From an uncultured Gemmatimonadota bacterium (GTDB taxonomy: Bacteria > JAAXHH01), in assembly GCA_951812955.1 (NCBI GenBank), contig OX638340.1, forward strand, positions 3,616,001 to 3,680,000: 64,000 nucleotides of DNA, read 5' to 3'. The position numbers were made by a program, and so were the translations under genes. The notes under the pieces were generated by a model. That model was not told the DNA's origin. It worked only from the letters and a program-made list of their open reading frames with translations, and did no database searches. Below are positions 26,809 through 35,958 of the stretch, piece by piece. Positions within the stretch are counted from its first letter, which is position 1. Every line of letters starts with the position of its first letter.

Positions 26809-28182
26809 ATGAAGGCCGTTTCACAGCCCAACGTGCTGATTGTGCTGAGTGATCAACTGCGGCGGCAGGCCCTGTCCACCTACGGCGATCCGAACATCGT
26901 CACGCCTCACGTCGACGACCTGGCCGGCCGGGGTGTTCGATTCGAGAACGCCAGTTCTACCTGTCCCATCTGCGTCCCTTTCCGTTTCACTTTCATGACG
27001 GGGCTGTACGCCCATGACCGGAAGGTACCTGGTATCGAGTACAGGATGTCTCCCGCGGAACGCACCCTGGCCGACGAGTTCAACGAGGCGGGGTACGAAA
27101 CGATCTATACGGGCAAATGGCATCTCGACGGAGGTCACGGCCGCATGGGGTCCGCCCGGCAGTGCGGGCGGATGCCCGTGAAGAAGGCCTACCGGGGCCG
27201 CTGGCAGAAGTGGATGGGTTTCGAACTCAGAAACGGCCCCTTCGATACCTTTTATTTCGAAGACGACGACCCGACGCCAAAACCGGTAGAAGGATACCAG
27301 ACCGACGGGCTTTTCGAGCTCGCCATGGACTACCTCGAGACCCGGGATCCGTCCCGTCCCTTCTGCATGGTGGTTTCCGTCGAGCCGCCCCACGATCCTT
27401 TCGAGGCCCCGGAGGCGATGCAGCGCACCTGGGAGGCGATGGACATCGTGCTTCCGCCCAACGTCGACGCGGCCGACGCCGAGGCCATGGAACGGATCAT
27501 GCTCAACCGGAAGCGGTATTACGCCATGGTGGAAAACCTGGACTGGAACATGGGGCGCCTCGGCGCATTTCTGCTGCGAACCGGCCTCCACGGCGAGACC
27601 GTGGTCGTGTTTCTTTCGGATCACGGAGAACTCGGCGGCGCCCATGGACTCCGGGGAAAGCAGTGGCCTTACGAGGAGTCGACGGGAATCCCCCTGATCG
27701 TGGCGGATCCACGGCACCCGGACCGGGCCGGTGCCTTGATCGAAGATCCGGTCTCCACCGAGGACCTGTTCCCCACCATACTCGGTCTGGCCGGGCTGCG
27801 ACCACGGGACGCCCTTCCCGGCGAAAACCTTGCACCGTTGATACACGGCAACACCGGACGGCTGGAGCGGGAAGGCGTGATGCTCGAGTTCGTGGCTGAA
27901 CTGCGTCAGGGCATGGCCTTCTACGACCAGGTCTGGCGTGGGTACCGATCCGCTCGGTACAAGTATACCGTGTGCGGGGACAACCTCGGCGGCGCCGGGC
28001 CGTGGCAGTTCTTCGATCTGGCGGAGGATCCCTGGGAACAGCGAAATCTCATTGACGATCCCGCTTTCCGGCCGGAGATCACGCGTCACCATGGCCTTCT
28101 CCTGGACAGGATGAAGGAGACCGACGACCACTTCGTACTCCTACCCGCCTTCGGAATGGAAGGATTGAATACCTGGGATTGA
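26809..28182 (+). CDS. Sulfatase (Cys-type), no signal peptide
   Basis: 457 aa; NVLIVLSDQLR…STCPICVPFRFTFMTG (C-x-P-x-R). Confidence 0.85.
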   Translation: MKAVSQPNVLIVLSDQLRRQALSTYGDPNIVTPHVDDLAGRGVRFENASSTCPICVPFRFTFMTGLYAHDRKVPGIEYRMSPAERTLADEFNEAGYETIYTGKWHLDGGHGRMGSARQCGRMPVKKAYRGRWQKWMGFELRNGPFDTFYFEDDDPTPKPVEGYQTDGLFELAMDYLETRDPSRPFCMVVSVEPPHDPFEAPEAMQRTWEAMDIVLPPNVDAADAEAMERIMLNRKRYYAMVENLDWNMGRLGAFLLRTGLHGETVVVFLSDHGELGGAHGLRGKQWPYEESTGIPLIVADPRHPDRAGALIEDPVSTEDLFPTILGLAGLRPRDALPGENLAPLIHGNTGRLEREGVMLEFVAELRQGMAFYDQVWRGYRSARYKYTVCGDNLGGAGPWQFFDLAEDPWEQRNLIDDPAFRPEITRHHGLLLDRMKETDDHFVLLPAFGMEGLNTWD

Positions 28183-28258
28183 ACCCCGCGATCCTCGCTA
28201 AGCACCGCACAGGATCCGTCGGCGGCTGTGTCTGAATCCAGAGGAAATCGAAGCATAC

Positions 28259-30250
28259 ATGTCCCAAACCAGCGAGACGACGCCACAGACCGGCGAAACC
28301 GGAAGCGGTGGCGCGGCTAAAACACTGACGACCGGTCTCACCCGCAGGGCCCTGCTGATCGGCATCTTTCTGTCTGTCCTGCTGAACATCTGGACGATTC
28401 ACGCGGGCTACATCAGCCAGTCGTCGTTCATCAGCCTGACCCACCTGCCCGTTTCCGCCCTGTTCCCCTTCCTGCTGGTGCTGCTGGGGCTCAATCCGCT
28501 GTTGAAAGTCTTCTGGCCGTCCAGGGTACTGCACCGCAATGAACTGATAATCGTGTTCTTCCTGGTCTTTACCGCGTCGACCATTCCCGCGTGGCCCTTC
28601 AGTTCCTACTGGATCAGCGGTATCACGGGGCCGTACTATAACGCCACCACGGAGAACCAGTGGGCGGAGCTCTTCTTCCAGTATCTGCCCTCCTGGCTGA
28701 TCGTCCAGGACGAGCAGCGCGCCCTCTCGTGGTTTTTCGAAGGCATCCCTGACAGCCGCCCCCCGGTCTTCGGCATCATTCGCAATGCCTGGACCGTACC
28801 GATGTTCTGGTGGGTCACCTTCTTCCTCGCCATCTTCGTGGTCGGCGCGTCGGCCATGGTCATGCTTCGCAAACAGTGGGTGGAACACGAGCGGCTGTCC
28901 TTCCCGCTCGCCCAGATTCCGCTGATCCTGGTCGAAGAGGAGAAGGGCCGCGCGTTGCCCGCCGTGATGCAATCGAAGCTGTTCTGGTACGCTTTCGGCA
29001 TCACGTTGTTTATTTTCCTCTGGAACATCGTCGGTTTCTTCAACTGGGTCAGCGCCATCCCCATTGGGCCGCTGCACAACTTCCCCGTTGTGATCGCCCG
29101 GGCGTTTCCCGCTATTCCCGTCAAGTTCAATTTCCTGGTTGCGGGCGTTGGATACTTCACGAACCTGAACGTCCTTTTCAGCATATGGGTGTTCTTCGTC
29201 ATCATGACCATTCAGCAGGGCATCATGACCCGCCTCGGCGTGCCCAATGCCTTCGCGGTCGTCAAGTCGCAGCATTCCGGCGGGTTTCTCGTGTTTGCTC
29301 TGTACGCTTTGTGGGCGGCGCGGCGGCACCTGAAGGACGTCGTGATGAAAGCACTGGGCAAGGCGCCCCACGTGGATGATTCGAAGGAGTTCTTTTCCTA
29401 CCGGATGGCCGCGCTGGGCGTCCTGGGTGGCGTTACCTACATCGTGTGCTGGCTTTATGCCACGGGCATGTCCCTCGGAATCATCGCCTTCATGATGGGG
29501 TCGTTGCTGATCATGTTCGTGGGCGTGACGCGCATCGTGGCGGAAACGGGCATCGTGTTCCTTGACCTGCCCTTCGAGACCCACGACTTCACGGTGGCCG
29601 TCATCGGTTCGGGGAGTATCAGTACGCGGGATCTGACAAACCTCGCCATAGCCAATTCCTACGCCCGCAACTGGCGGACGCTCGGCATGTGTTCCATGGG
29701 GCATATCGCCAAGGTCGACGACGAGATGGGCGGTACGGGTAAAGGATCCTTCAAGACGATCACGGCCGTTCTCGCCCTGAGTATAGTCGTGTCGTTGATA
29801 TTCACGATTTACCTGGGATATAACCACGGAGGGGCTTCGCAGTTCTTCGAGCCTGCGTTCACCAACGGGACCAAGCTACCTTACGACAACCTGGTCAAAT
29901 GGATCAATAACAGGGAGGCGATCACCGGGACCGAGTTCTGGTTCATGGTCTTCGGAGGTGTGATTACCACACTGCTGATCCAGGCTCACCACCGGTTCAC
30001 CTGGTGGTCGCTGCACCCCATCGGATTCACCGTTGTGCTGACGCCGGGCATGGCCAGTTCGGCTTTCTCGCTGTTTGTGGTCTGGTGCGTGAAGGCCCTG
30101 CTCCTGAAGATCGGGGGCATCCAGCTGTACAGAAAGGCCGTACCCGCTGTCATGGGCATGCTCGTTGCGTTCGTACTTGGCGTGTTTCTTTCGTACGTGG
30201 CCGACGTCGCCTGGTTTCCCAGGGCAGGCCATCCCGTTCAGAACTGGTAA
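28259..30250 (+). CDS. Large polytopic membrane protein of unknown function (paralog B of 22243..24216)
   Basis: 663 aa; ISGITGPYYNATTENQWAELFF… and RKQWVEHERLSFPLAQI align with paralog A. Confidence 0.7.
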   Translation: MSQTSETTPQTGETGSGGAAKTLTTGLTRRALLIGIFLSVLLNIWTIHAGYISQSSFISLTHLPVSALFPFLLVLLGLNPLLKVFWPSRVLHRNELIIVFFLVFTASTIPAWPFSSYWISGITGPYYNATTENQWAELFFQYLPSWLIVQDEQRALSWFFEGIPDSRPPVFGIIRNAWTVPMFWWVTFFLAIFVVGASAMVMLRKQWVEHERLSFPLAQIPLILVEEEKGRALPAVMQSKLFWYAFGITLFIFLWNIVGFFNWVSAIPIGPLHNFPVVIARAFPAIPVKFNFLVAGVGYFTNLNVLFSIWVFFVIMTIQQGIMTRLGVPNAFAVVKSQHSGGFLVFALYALWAARRHLKDVVMKALGKAPHVDDSKEFFSYRMAALGVLGGVTYIVCWLYATGMSLGIIAFMMGSLLIMFVGVTRIVAETGIVFLDLPFETHDFTVAVIGSGSISTRDLTNLAIANSYARNWRTLGMCSMGHIAKVDDEMGGTGKGSFKTITAVLALSIVVSLIFTIYLGYNHGGASQFFEPAFTNGTKLPYDNLVKWINNREAITGTEFWFMVFGGVITTLLIQAHHRFTWWSLHPIGFTVVLTPGMASSAFSLFVVWCVKALLLKIGGIQLYRKAVPAVMGMLVAFVLGVFLSYVADVAWFPRAGHPVQNW

Positions 30251-30298
30251 TCTTGCTGCGTCCTGCTGATCTCCAGCAGGCGCGTGGGAGCGTTGAAA

Positions 30299-30688
30299 AT
30301 GTCGGAAGAACAGGATCCCCAGGAAATACTCGACCGCATCCTGGAAAACGACGGCCGATATCCCAGGAGGGCCTACCTCTTCGTCCTTGAGGCGGTTTCG
30401 TATACGGTGGAGAAACTGTCAGAACGCAGGCACATATCGGGGAAGGAACTTTCCATGGGCATCAGGGATCTCGCCCTCGAAAGGTTCGGCATCGCGGCGA
30501 AACTGGTGTTCGAAGAGTGGAACCTCACCAGAACCCGTCACTTCGGCGACATCGTCTTCAATCTGGTCAACGAGGGGTTACTGCGGAAAACCGAAGAGGA
30601 CGACATCGAGGATTTCGACGAGGTGTTCGACTTCACCACCGCGTTCGAAACCGAGTTCCGGATCACCGTGGAATCGAAGGACGGCTGA
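30299..30688 (+). CDS. Conserved hypothetical small acidic protein
   Basis: ~130 aa (MSEEQDPQEILDRILENDGRYPRRAYLFVLEAV…); no catalytic motifs. Confidence 0.45.
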   Translation: MSEEQDPQEILDRILENDGRYPRRAYLFVLEAVSYTVEKLSERRHISGKELSMGIRDLALERFGIAAKLVFEEWNLTRTRHFGDIVFNLVNEGLLRKTEEDDIEDFDEVFDFTTAFETEFRITVESKDG

Positions 30689-30797
30689 TCACCGTTCCCC
30701 ATGGTGTTGTTTCGGTCTGCTTCGGCATCATCCCCCGGGCCTGAATTAGATGGGGCCTTCAGGCCTCAGCGGAATCCCTGACGCCAGATCTTTGGCC

Positions 30798-32717
30798 TTA
30801 TGCCCTCCGGACCGTGCGCTGCCGTCTCCCGAAAGTAGGTTTCGGCGCCTGAGTTTGCGATTCGGACCCGCTTTGGGTATTCGAACCTTCGTCCCGGGAA
30901 TCCGAGCTTGTCTCCGATTGAATGGATGGTTCGTTCACGGCTTCGGGCTTGTCTCCGGCAGCCTTCGCGGTCCTGGATCCGGGCTTGTCTCCGGCAGCCT
31001 TCCTGGTCCTGGATCCGGGCTTGTTTCCGGCAGCCTTCCTGGTCCTGGATCTGGGCTTGTTTACGGTCGCCTTCACGTCCTTGGTCTCGGGTTCATCTCC
31101 GGCAGCCTTTGCGTCCTTAGCCTCGGGCTCGTTTTCGGCAATCTTCACGGCCTTGGTCTCGGGTTCATCTCCGGCAGCCTTTGCGTCCTTGGCCTCGGGC
31201 TCATTTCCGGCAGCCTTCGCGGTCTTGGTTTCGGACTCATTTCCGGCAGTCTTAGCGGTCTTGGTTTCAGACTCATTGGCCACCGCGGTCTCACCGCCGG
31301 ATTCCTCGGCGGTTTCAGCAATGACTGGTTGCGTTTCCACAGTTTCCGGCGAATCGTCCTTTTTCGGTGCAGCATCCTTGCCTCTTCGGGTTCTGCCGGT
31401 CCTGCTCCCTTGACCGTTACCTCTGGAGGCGCGGCTTTTCTTACCGTCGCCTTTTTCCCCGGCCGCGGATGTGTCGCGGTCGCTTCCATCATCGGGCGTG
31501 AGGGCTTTCTCTTCCTGCTGTACGGTTTCATCCTGCGTGTTCGTTTCGTCGGCCGCGGAGGAAGGTGCACCGTTCGTCTGCTGTCGCGTGCCGCGCCGGC
31601 CTCCTGACTGTCGGGGCTTGCCCGATGAGCGCTTTGAACGGCTCGTGCCGGATCTCGCGGATGAACGGGAAGCGGACGGTTTCGCTTCGGCCGCCACCGT
31701 CTCGTCGCCGGTGTCTCCGTTGGCCGCGGGGGGCAGGGAACGGAAGTTGAGCCGGCCGGAAGCGGTCGGCACGGATTTAAGCTTGTTGATCAGTCGCTTC
31801 GGAAAGACCATGCGGGCCGTGATCAGCGGATTCCCCCACTGGCTGACGCGGAGTCCGCCCCCCAGGCTGACCAGGGCGTAGGCCGTATCGTAATCCAGTC
31901 CCTTGTCCTGCGAGATCCATTTCACCATCTCGGTGATCGCCAGTCTGGCAGCCTGGTCGACCGAGGACGCGGAAGTAATGGTGACCCATTCGCCCTTCGA
32001 TTCGACCCGGGGCCAGGAAAACCGGCCGCCGGGTTGCGTGTCCACCCGGAGCGTGACCTCGGCCGCGACTTCCACGCCCGATCCGGAAATCTGTCCGTCG
32101 CCCATGCAGGCCTTTACATCGCCCAGCGACAGCAGGGCGCCGTTGACCTGGACGGGAAGGTAGACCCTGGACCCGGTCGTGATCTCCAATGTGTCCATGT
32201 TGCCGCCGTGTCTGCCGGGGTAGACGGTTTCGATCTCCCCGTGCTTCGTGGCCACGCCAAGGACGCCGATCACCGGGCGCACCGGAAGGGCAAGCCGGTC
32301 GTCCAGCTTGACTTGATTGTCGTCTACTTCCAGGACACGTACATTGTGATTCTGGATGTCCTGCCCGGGGACGCCCGCTTCCGAACGGACGGCGAACACG
32401 CCGGTATCCGACGTTTTGATCTCCTTCACCTGAATGGAAAGCACGTCGCCGATATGGGCTTCTTCTATGCATATGGGACCGGATACGGGAATACCGTCGG
32501 ACTTGTCAACGTCACCATGGGTTCGGGGTTCTTCCGTAAGGAGACCCCGGAAACAGTCCTGTGTTTCCACGACGACGGTCTCACCGCGGTTCACAGTAAT
32601 GGCGGGTGAGACGTTCGGGCCGAATACCTGGTGTAACTGGTCTCTGGTTACCCGTCTGGTCAGGACTGCTTGCTCGTTCTTGGACGTCCGCGACGTCCTG
32701 GATGATCTGCGAAACAA
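30798..32717 (-). CDS. Acetamidase/formamidase (FmdA/AmdA) family enzyme fused to a ~330-aa low-complexity Lys/Ala/Glu/Thr-rich repetitive C-terminal tail
   Basis: N-terminal 300 aa: …VVETQDCFRG…GPICIEEAHIGDVLSI…GGNMDTLEITTGSRVYLPV…SLGDVKACMGDGQISGSGVE. C-terminal tail carries tandem repeats (…PETKAVKIAENEPEAKDAKAAGDEPETK…; …KPGSRTRKAAGDKPGSRTAKAAGDKPEA…). Confidence 0.7.
   Translation of the reverse strand: MFRRSSRTSRTSKNEQAVLTRRVTRDQLHQVFGPNVSPAITVNRGETVVVETQDCFRGLLTEEPRTHGDVDKSDGIPVSGPICIEEAHIGDVLSIQVKEIKTSDTGVFAVRSEAGVPGQDIQNHNVRVLEVDDNQVKLDDRLALPVRPVIGVLGVATKHGEIETVYPGRHGGNMDTLEITTGSRVYLPVQVNGALLSLGDVKACMGDGQISGSGVEVAAEVTLRVDTQPGGRFSWPRVESKGEWVTITSASSVDQAARLAITEMVKWISQDKGLDYDTAYALVSLGGGLRVSQWGNPLITARMVFPKRLINKLKSVPTASGRLNFRSLPPAANGDTGDETVAAEAKPSASRSSARSGTSRSKRSSGKPRQSGGRRGTRQQTNGAPSSAADETNTQDETVQQEEKALTPDDGSDRDTSAAGEKGDGKKSRASRGNGQGSRTGRTRRGKDAAPKKDDSPETVETQPVIAETAEESGGETAVANESETKTAKTAGNESETKTAKAAGNEPEAKDAKAAGDEPETKAVKIAENEPEAKDAKAAGDEPETKDVKATVNKPRSRTRKAAGNKPGSRTRKAAGDKPGSRTAKAAGDKPEAVNEPSIQSETSSDSRDEGSNTQSGSESQTQAPKPTFGRRQRTVRRA
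30944..31270. repeat. Imperfect 33-36 bp in-frame tandem repeats (~9 units) encoding the repetitive tail of the acetamidase gene
   Basis: Repeats of gggcttgtctccggcagccttcctggtcctggatcc and related gggttcatctccggcagcctttgcgtccttggcctc units. Confidence 0.7.
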
Positions 32718-32765
32718 AATAGTATTACCTCTCTTGGATGGGTTGGTGAATCCAACTGGAGCGGC

Positions 32766-33785
32766 TCAACCGAAGAGCTCATCTCCATATGCGAATATGG
32801 CGGGCGTACCTCCCGTGTGCAGGAAGACGATGGTGTCGTCTGGCTGGAAGCGCCCTTCCCTGATGTGTATGGCCAGGCCGTCCATGGCCTTGGCCGTGTA
32901 TACCGGGTCGAGTACGATGCCCTCGGTCCGCGCCACCAGGCGCATGGTCTCGAGGCTGGTGCGCGACGGTTCGCCGAAATCCGGTTTGGCGTATTCGCAC
33001 GTGACATCGAAATCTTCCGGCGTGAACGTTTGTTTCAGTCCGATGACCGAGGCGCATTCGTTGGCCACGGGTGCGAGACGTTCCTGCATTTCCCGGTCGT
33101 CCCCCACCCAGTAGTTGAGCCCGACGGCCTTGAAGCAGGCGGATACGGCGCGCAGTCCGACCACCAGGCCGACGATGGTATAGGTCATGGAACTCGTGTA
33201 GATTGCCTTGGGCGCAATGCCCCGCTGTGCCAGTTGCTCGCACAGTTCCAGGGTGGCGTCCACATAGGCCACGGCGCGCAGGATCGCACCGTCGCTGCTC
33301 GTGTCGTAGGGTTTCGATCCCTTTGTTTCCAGCTCCTTCATCTGCTTTTTCAACTCGTCCTTCACGGTCAGGGGAAAGACGTACTTGATCTGGTCCGCCA
33401 TGAGGTGGTTGAGCAGCAGGTTGCCGGAAACGGGGTAGGATCTATGGTCCCGCGGGATGACCACGATGGACTTCATGCCGAGCCGTGCGGCGGCGGCAGC
33501 GGTCTGCGCGGACTGGTTGGACTGGGAATCGGACCCGTGGAGCAGGCAGTCGCAACCCCTGTCGAGGGCTGGACCCAGCGAGTAGGTGAACTGGCGGGCC
33601 TTGTTTCCGCCCATGGCCAGTCCGGTCATGTCATCGCGTTTGACGAGAATTCGGGGGCCCCCAAGGGCTTTCCCGAGGCGAGGACAGTCCTGTAGCGGAG
33701 TGGGCAGGTGGGCCACCGGCGCTCGGGTGAACCTGCCCAGCAGGTGACGCAGTTTCTGCGCGGCGTCACGGTCGTACAACTTCAA
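32766..33785 (-). CDS. PLP-dependent ACC deaminase / D-cysteine desulfhydrase family enzyme
   Basis: 339 aa; …KRDDMTGLAMGGNKARQF… (PLP-Lys region) and C-terminal FLHTGGTPA (TGGT motif). Confidence 0.75.
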   Translation of the reverse strand: MKLYDRDAAQKLRHLLGRFTRAPVAHLPTPLQDCPRLGKALGGPRILVKRDDMTGLAMGGNKARQFTYSLGPALDRGCDCLLHGSDSQSNQSAQTAAAAARLGMKSIVVIPRDHRSYPVSGNLLLNHLMADQIKYVFPLTVKDELKKQMKELETKGSKPYDTSSDGAILRAVAYVDATLELCEQLAQRGIAPKAIYTSSMTYTIVGLVVGLRAVSACFKAVGLNYWVGDDREMQERLAPVANECASVIGLKQTFTPEDFDVTCEYAKPDFGEPSRTSLETMRLVARTEGIVLDPVYTAKAMDGLAIHIREGRFQPDDTIVFLHTGGTPAIFAYGDELFG

Positions 33786-33845
33786 TATGACTGCTCCAAC
33801 AGGCGGTACGCGGGACCTCCGCTTGGAAAGGTCCGTCGCGTTCGC

Positions 33846-35618
33846 CTAATGACCGAATGCAGCGCCCTCGATCCGGGGGTCCGGCGCACCCAGGCGATAG
33901 CCTGTGTCGGGGTCCACCATGATACTGTGGCCGTCACCCTGGCGGTAGGATCCACCGCCGAATCCGCGGCTGCTGAGCTCATGGCCCTTGGCCTGCAGTG
34001 CGTCCGCTGTCTCGCGCCCCACTCCGCCTTCCAACCGAAGGAAGTCCGGAAACCACTGGTGGTGTACACGCGGCGCGTCGACCGCTTCCTGGATGTTCAT
34101 GCCGTGATCGACGACATTCAGGATCAGCTGCATAGTCGTATTTATGATAGTGCGTCCTCCGGGGCTGCCCACGACCAGGTACAGATCGCCGTTACGCGTA
34201 ACGATGGTCGGCGACATCGAACTCAGCATACGCTTGTTCGGTTCGATGATATTCGGCGGCGTGCCGATCTGTCCGGTGGTTCTCGTGATCCCCGGCTGAG
34301 GATTGAAATCGCCCATCTCATTATTCGTGATCATGCCCGTTCCCGCGATGACGATGTGGGAGCCGTACCCGCCTTCGAGCGTGTAGGTGTTCGATACGCC
34401 GTTACCCCACTGGTCGACAACGGAGTAGTGCGTGGTCTGGTCGCTCTCGCTCGGCATCGTCAAATCGGGTCCCAGTTCTTCGCTGGGCGTGGCGAAGAAG
34501 GGATCGATCGTGGACCGGAGCTCTGCCGCGTACTCCTTCGTCGTTAAGTGTTCCGGTATCTCGACGAAGTCCGCGTCTCCAAGGTGCCGGGCACGGTCGG
34601 CGTAAGCCCGGCGCATCGCTTCGGCCATGATATGTAGTGTATTGGAGGAGTTATGGCCCATCCGGCCCAGGTCGTAACCTTCAAGCATGTTGAGCATAAG
34701 CGACATGGTGATGCCGCCGGAGCTCGGAGGGGGCATGGAAATGATCTCGTATTCCCCCCGATACTTGTTTCTAACGGGTTCCCGAATGATCGCCTGGTAG
34801 TTCGCCAGGTCGGTCCGGTCGATCATCCCTCCCCCGGCTTTCATATCCTTTTCAATCAATTCGGCGGTCACACCCTTGTAGAATCCGTCGTGGCCGTCCC
34901 GGGCGATGTGCTTCAGGGTTTCCGCCAGGTCTTTCTGAACCCACCGGTCGCCTGCCTGCCAGGCCTCGCCGTCGCTCCGGAGCATGGCCGCCTTGCTAGC
35001 CGGGATCTGATTGAATATGACCGTTCGGCTGTTCAATCCCCGGGCGATGCGCTCTGTCAGAATGAACCCGTTTTCGGCGAGATCGATGGCGGGCTGGATG
35101 ACTTCCGCCATGGACATGGTGCCGTATTTCTCCAGGGCCAGGGCGAATCCGGCCACTGTACCCGGCACGCCGATGGCCAGGTGGTGTATGCGGTTGGTCG
35201 GAGGATGGTAGGTTGAACCGTCGCGGCGGGTGAGGGTGATGTTCGGGTTCACCGCGCGGTTGCCGTCTTCATCCAGGTACATCCGGGCATGGGCCTTGCC
35301 CGGCGCTTTCTCGCGGTAGTCGACCGCCACGGCCGTTCCGTCGGCCATGCGTATGATCATGAACCCGCCGCCGCCGATGTTGCCGGCGGATGGGTGGGTC
35401 ACCGCCAGGGCCAGTCCGAGCCCCACGGCGGCGTCTACGGCGTTACCGCCCTTCTTCAGGATGTCCGCGGCGATCTGTGTGGCCAGAGGTTCCACCGCGA
35501 CCGCCATGCCTTTCTTGCCGACGACCGGCTTGCGGGACGCCGCATTGGCATCATAGATCGATAAGGCCGAGATAAACAGGCCGCATATTGCGACCAGGAT
35601 TGTCAGGCGATGCTTCAT
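33846..35618 (-). CDS. ggt: Gamma-glutamyltranspeptidase with signal peptide
   Basis: Start MKHRLTILVAICGLFISALS (signal). …GMAVAVEPLATQIAADILKKGGNAVDAAV…GGGGFM… and the catalytic Thr region …TTHYSVVD… are characteristic of GGT. Confidence 0.85.
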   Translation of the reverse strand: MKHRLTILVAICGLFISALSIYDANAASRKPVVGKKGMAVAVEPLATQIAADILKKGGNAVDAAVGLGLALAVTHPSAGNIGGGGFMIIRMADGTAVAVDYREKAPGKAHARMYLDEDGNRAVNPNITLTRRDGSTYHPPTNRIHHLAIGVPGTVAGFALALEKYGTMSMAEVIQPAIDLAENGFILTERIARGLNSRTVIFNQIPASKAAMLRSDGEAWQAGDRWVQKDLAETLKHIARDGHDGFYKGVTAELIEKDMKAGGGMIDRTDLANYQAIIREPVRNKYRGEYEIISMPPPSSGGITMSLMLNMLEGYDLGRMGHNSSNTLHIMAEAMRRAYADRARHLGDADFVEIPEHLTTKEYAAELRSTIDPFFATPSEELGPDLTMPSESDQTTHYSVVDQWGNGVSNTYTLEGGYGSHIVIAGTGMITNNEMGDFNPQPGITRTTGQIGTPPNIIEPNKRMLSSMSPTIVTRNGDLYLVVGSPGGRTIINTTMQLILNVVDHGMNIQEAVDAPRVHHQWFPDFLRLEGGVGRETADALQAKGHELSSRGFGGGSYRQGDGHSIMVDPDTGYRLGAPDPRIEGAAFGH

Positions 35619-35958
35619 TGATCTTATCCTCTGTTCCGCTGTTAGGTACTTAGGGAAGCTTCGAGTTTGATGCGAACTTCGGAGTTTACTACACTTCACC
35701 ACTGGATTTCATGCCTGCCCTTCACACTCGCCTGGAAAGCAGGCACAGGCAATTAAGGCGGGGTTCCCGGTCAAGTCAAGGTCTATATGTTCTAATTTGC
35801 CGAAGAACGATCACTATAAATGTACGCCGTACTGCCTTTTTGCCTTCAGTTTTTCTCTGTTGATCGGCCCGGCTCACCATCGTATATTCGAACGATGTTT
35901 CAAACACAGAAAAACGACGGCTGAACTCATCCGCGAGACCCATCCACAGGTGCCCTTC

